This document shows, one piece after another, positions 61,639 to 64,000 of a stretch of DNA of 64,000 nucleotides (positions within the stretch are counted from its first letter, which is position 1; each line of letters opens with the position of its first letter). The position numbers and the translations under genes are program-made. The DNA is from a virus. The DNA lies in the IMG/VR virus record IMGVR_UViG_3300048444_000173, positions 1 through 64,000 of that record, one strand, 5' to 3'. Below the pieces are notes generated by a model, which was not told the origin of the DNA, did no database searches, and saw only the letters and a program-made list of their open reading frames with translations.

Positions 61639-63795
61639 TTGACTTTACTGGTTACGACATGGACTTAATCATTGATCGGTATCAGTGTGCTGGAGAACAA
61701 CTAGACCGTGTTGAAGAAGCATGTGGTGATGAAGGAAAGATGTATGATCTTGCCTGTGAATTGGCTTGGGCAGAAGAATTGTTGTTTCAGCTTGAGATGG
61801 AGCTTATTGACGAAAAGGGTTATGAGCAAGACAGAGAATACCATACAATTAAGCAAGCATATGGTGATGTTATTATTAAGAAATGAGGATTAGACATGAG
61901 TAACAAATCACTTGCTGTTCTCGACAATGCGATTCGGTCTAAGAAGTTCAGGAATAAACCCTATGTCATTATTCCTAAAGTAGAAGCTAAGGTCATATTA
62001 TCGACACAGGCTCAGCAAAAGGTTTTGTTGGAAGAACAACAAGCATACATTGAAGAATTAGAAATGAAACTCAGGACAATAGGAGAGTTACTATGACACA
62101 CCTAATCTTAGGCGCAATATCAGGCATAGTCATTTACTTCCTAATGCTATGCTTCATGTTCTGGCAAATACCACCAGACTTAGGTTCGCTGCAAGTTTAT
62201 GACAGAGTGTTTATTTTTATATTCGGCTTGATATTTGCTGTAGCAGGTGGTATGGTTGGATATGCAACTTTGAAAAATATGGAGGGATAATTATGACTAA
62301 ACGAGAGAAGATTGAACAGGCAGTTGAGACATTACAAGGTAAATGGCCTGATGATTCTGTTGAAGGTGAGGATGTGTTACATCAATTCTACACTGGTAGA
62401 TATGTTGCAGGTGTCTGCGAATCAACAACAGTTGATATGATCTGCACTCGCAAGGAATTCGAACAAGTAGCTAAAGAACTAGGCTGGGTGAATGGCTGTA
62501 AGTGGGGCGTTGAATACCCGACTAATGGCGAGAAGCCTGAATTACCTGATGATGTTCAGGTGGCAATCAGGAATGAGAATGGAAGATGGCTCTCTTATGG
62601 CAATGAGGCCGATCAAGTTAAAAACTGGGAATGGGAACTAATTGAGTCATTTAAAATTATAGATAAACGTTATAAACCTGAATCGGAATCAAACTGGCAT
62701 TGTCGTGGTGAATACCCGCCCGTGGGAAGCAAAGCAAAACTAAATATAGATGAAAAGATGTGTGAAGTTGAAGTTATAGCATATCACGGTCATGGTGAAT
62801 GTATGAGAGCATGGGTTTACAATATAGGTCGTGGTTACAGAACGACACTTCCCGATAGCTTACGCCCAATCCAATCCGAGCAAGATAAATTCACCAATAA
62901 CCTCGCAGAGCATATCAAGGACGTTGGTGATTCAGTTAGTTTTGCCGTTGAGGGCTATGAGTTTGCGGCAAAAGAAGTGATTAAATTCTTTGAAGAAAAT
63001 GGATGGGAGAAACCTTATGAAAATCAATAATGCAGCTTTGTCAGCAATGCCTACACAGGTCAATGGTGGCGATTTATTTGGTGGACTGACTAAGCGTGAA
63101 CAAATTGCTATGGTGGCATTACAGGGTATTTTGTCTAGCCCATATTATGCTGACTTTTGTGACCAACCTAATTATGACCAAAAACCTAAAGCAGCAGCAA
63201 TTAGCGCAATTAAACACGCAGACGCTTTGCTAGAAGAATTGGACAAAACCAATGACGACTAAACTATGTACACCAGAACTCGCCAGCGGAGGGCAGCAAT
63301 ACCCTTGCGCCAATTGTGGATTACCGCCAACACCAGAAGGACATGATGGATGCTTGGGTACTTTGCAAGGTAACATTAAAAATTCTTGCTGTGGTCATGG
63401 TAATGATAACCAAGCCTACATTCAATACGATGGTGACGTGGGTGTTGGCGAAGATGACGGTTGGGGTAATAGTTGGATTGGTGGAGTTGAGGCAAGAATT
63501 GAGCAGAAACGATTAGTGGAGGAACGTGAAAATGGAAAAAGATATACTAGATGAGCTTAACATCCAACGGGAGAGAGCTTGTCACTATGACTCGGTTGAT
63601 CCTGAAGTCATTGATAGCGCCTACTTAGTAATAGAAGCCTGTCGTAAAAGAATTGACGACCTAACCTTTGACTTATCAGCGGCACATAGAGATATTAATG
63701 AACTTGAACGTGAATTATCACAAGCTATTGACATCATCGAGGATAGTGGTGTAGACTATGATGAAATTGTTAAGGCAAGAGAAATTGGAGGATGA
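61635..63795 (+). CDS. Seven small genes (61635-61886, 61896-62096, 62093-62290, 62293-63030, about 63017-63262, 63252-63554, about 63532-63795)
   Basis: Coupled ORFs; recurrent phage motifs EYPTNG.KP.LPDDV, GLTKRE..A..A.QG, and EGHDGCLG...CCGHG. Confidence 0.55.
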
Positions 63796-64000
63796 ATTAT
63801 GAACGAAGAAATCTTCAACGAACATAACCGAGAATTAGAGCGAACCATCGCACGAATTGATTACCAGATTGCTATGCTAGAGAAAGAGCGTAATGACTTG
63901 AAGAAACTATTATGGCATAAAGATTCGGATACAGGTGAATGGACAAGAACTTCAACATAATCCTTTCAGGCAAGACTTAGGGCAAAAATACTCCCTTATC

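Noticed and set aside
254-63516. Many short antisense or nested ORFs in the six-frame track
   Set aside because: They are shadows of well-supported genes and lack RBSs or motifs; only the overlapping o-spanin was accepted.
1-64000. Prophage or host chromosome context
   Set aside because: No integrase, repressor, att-like junction or bacterial housekeeping synteny within the window.

Overview
The whole window is part of a lytic dsDNA tailed phage genome (AT-rich, probably infecting a marine Gammaproteobacterium; the host is inferred, not shown). There are no host genes, integrase or CRISPR-Cas. Layout: tail tip and fibre genes plus lysis cassette (1-7.1 kb, +); an isolated terminase small subunit (-); a T7-like replication module (primase-helicase, SSB, exonuclease, endonuclease I) built around a family B polymerase, followed by nrdAB and many small early genes (7.7-36.6 kb, +); a 1.7 kb repeat-rich non-coding block and a pre-early cluster with an Ocr-like gene (36.6-40.5 kb); a leftward arm with RNA repair, nucleotide metabolism, tRNA-Arg, a DNA methylase, terminase large subunit and a sigma factor (40.6-60.2 kb, -); then a TV-Pol-like polymerase and small genes (60.4-64 kb, +). 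Two ORF-less group I introns split nrdA (at the catalytic Cys codon) and terL (in Walker A), and there are six free-standing homing-endonuclease-like genes. The best candidates for new biology are: a TOPRIM primase lacking its catalytic Glu alongside a stand-alone TV-Pol-like enzyme; an orphan MqsA-like antitoxin zinc finger; an RNA ligase-nucleotidyltransferase-Pnkp operon; a 73-nt three-hairpin cloverleaf in the lysis cassette; a structured RNA downstream of the tRNA; and iterated repeat arrays beside an HTH gene. All family assignments come from motif recognition by eye; no searches were run.
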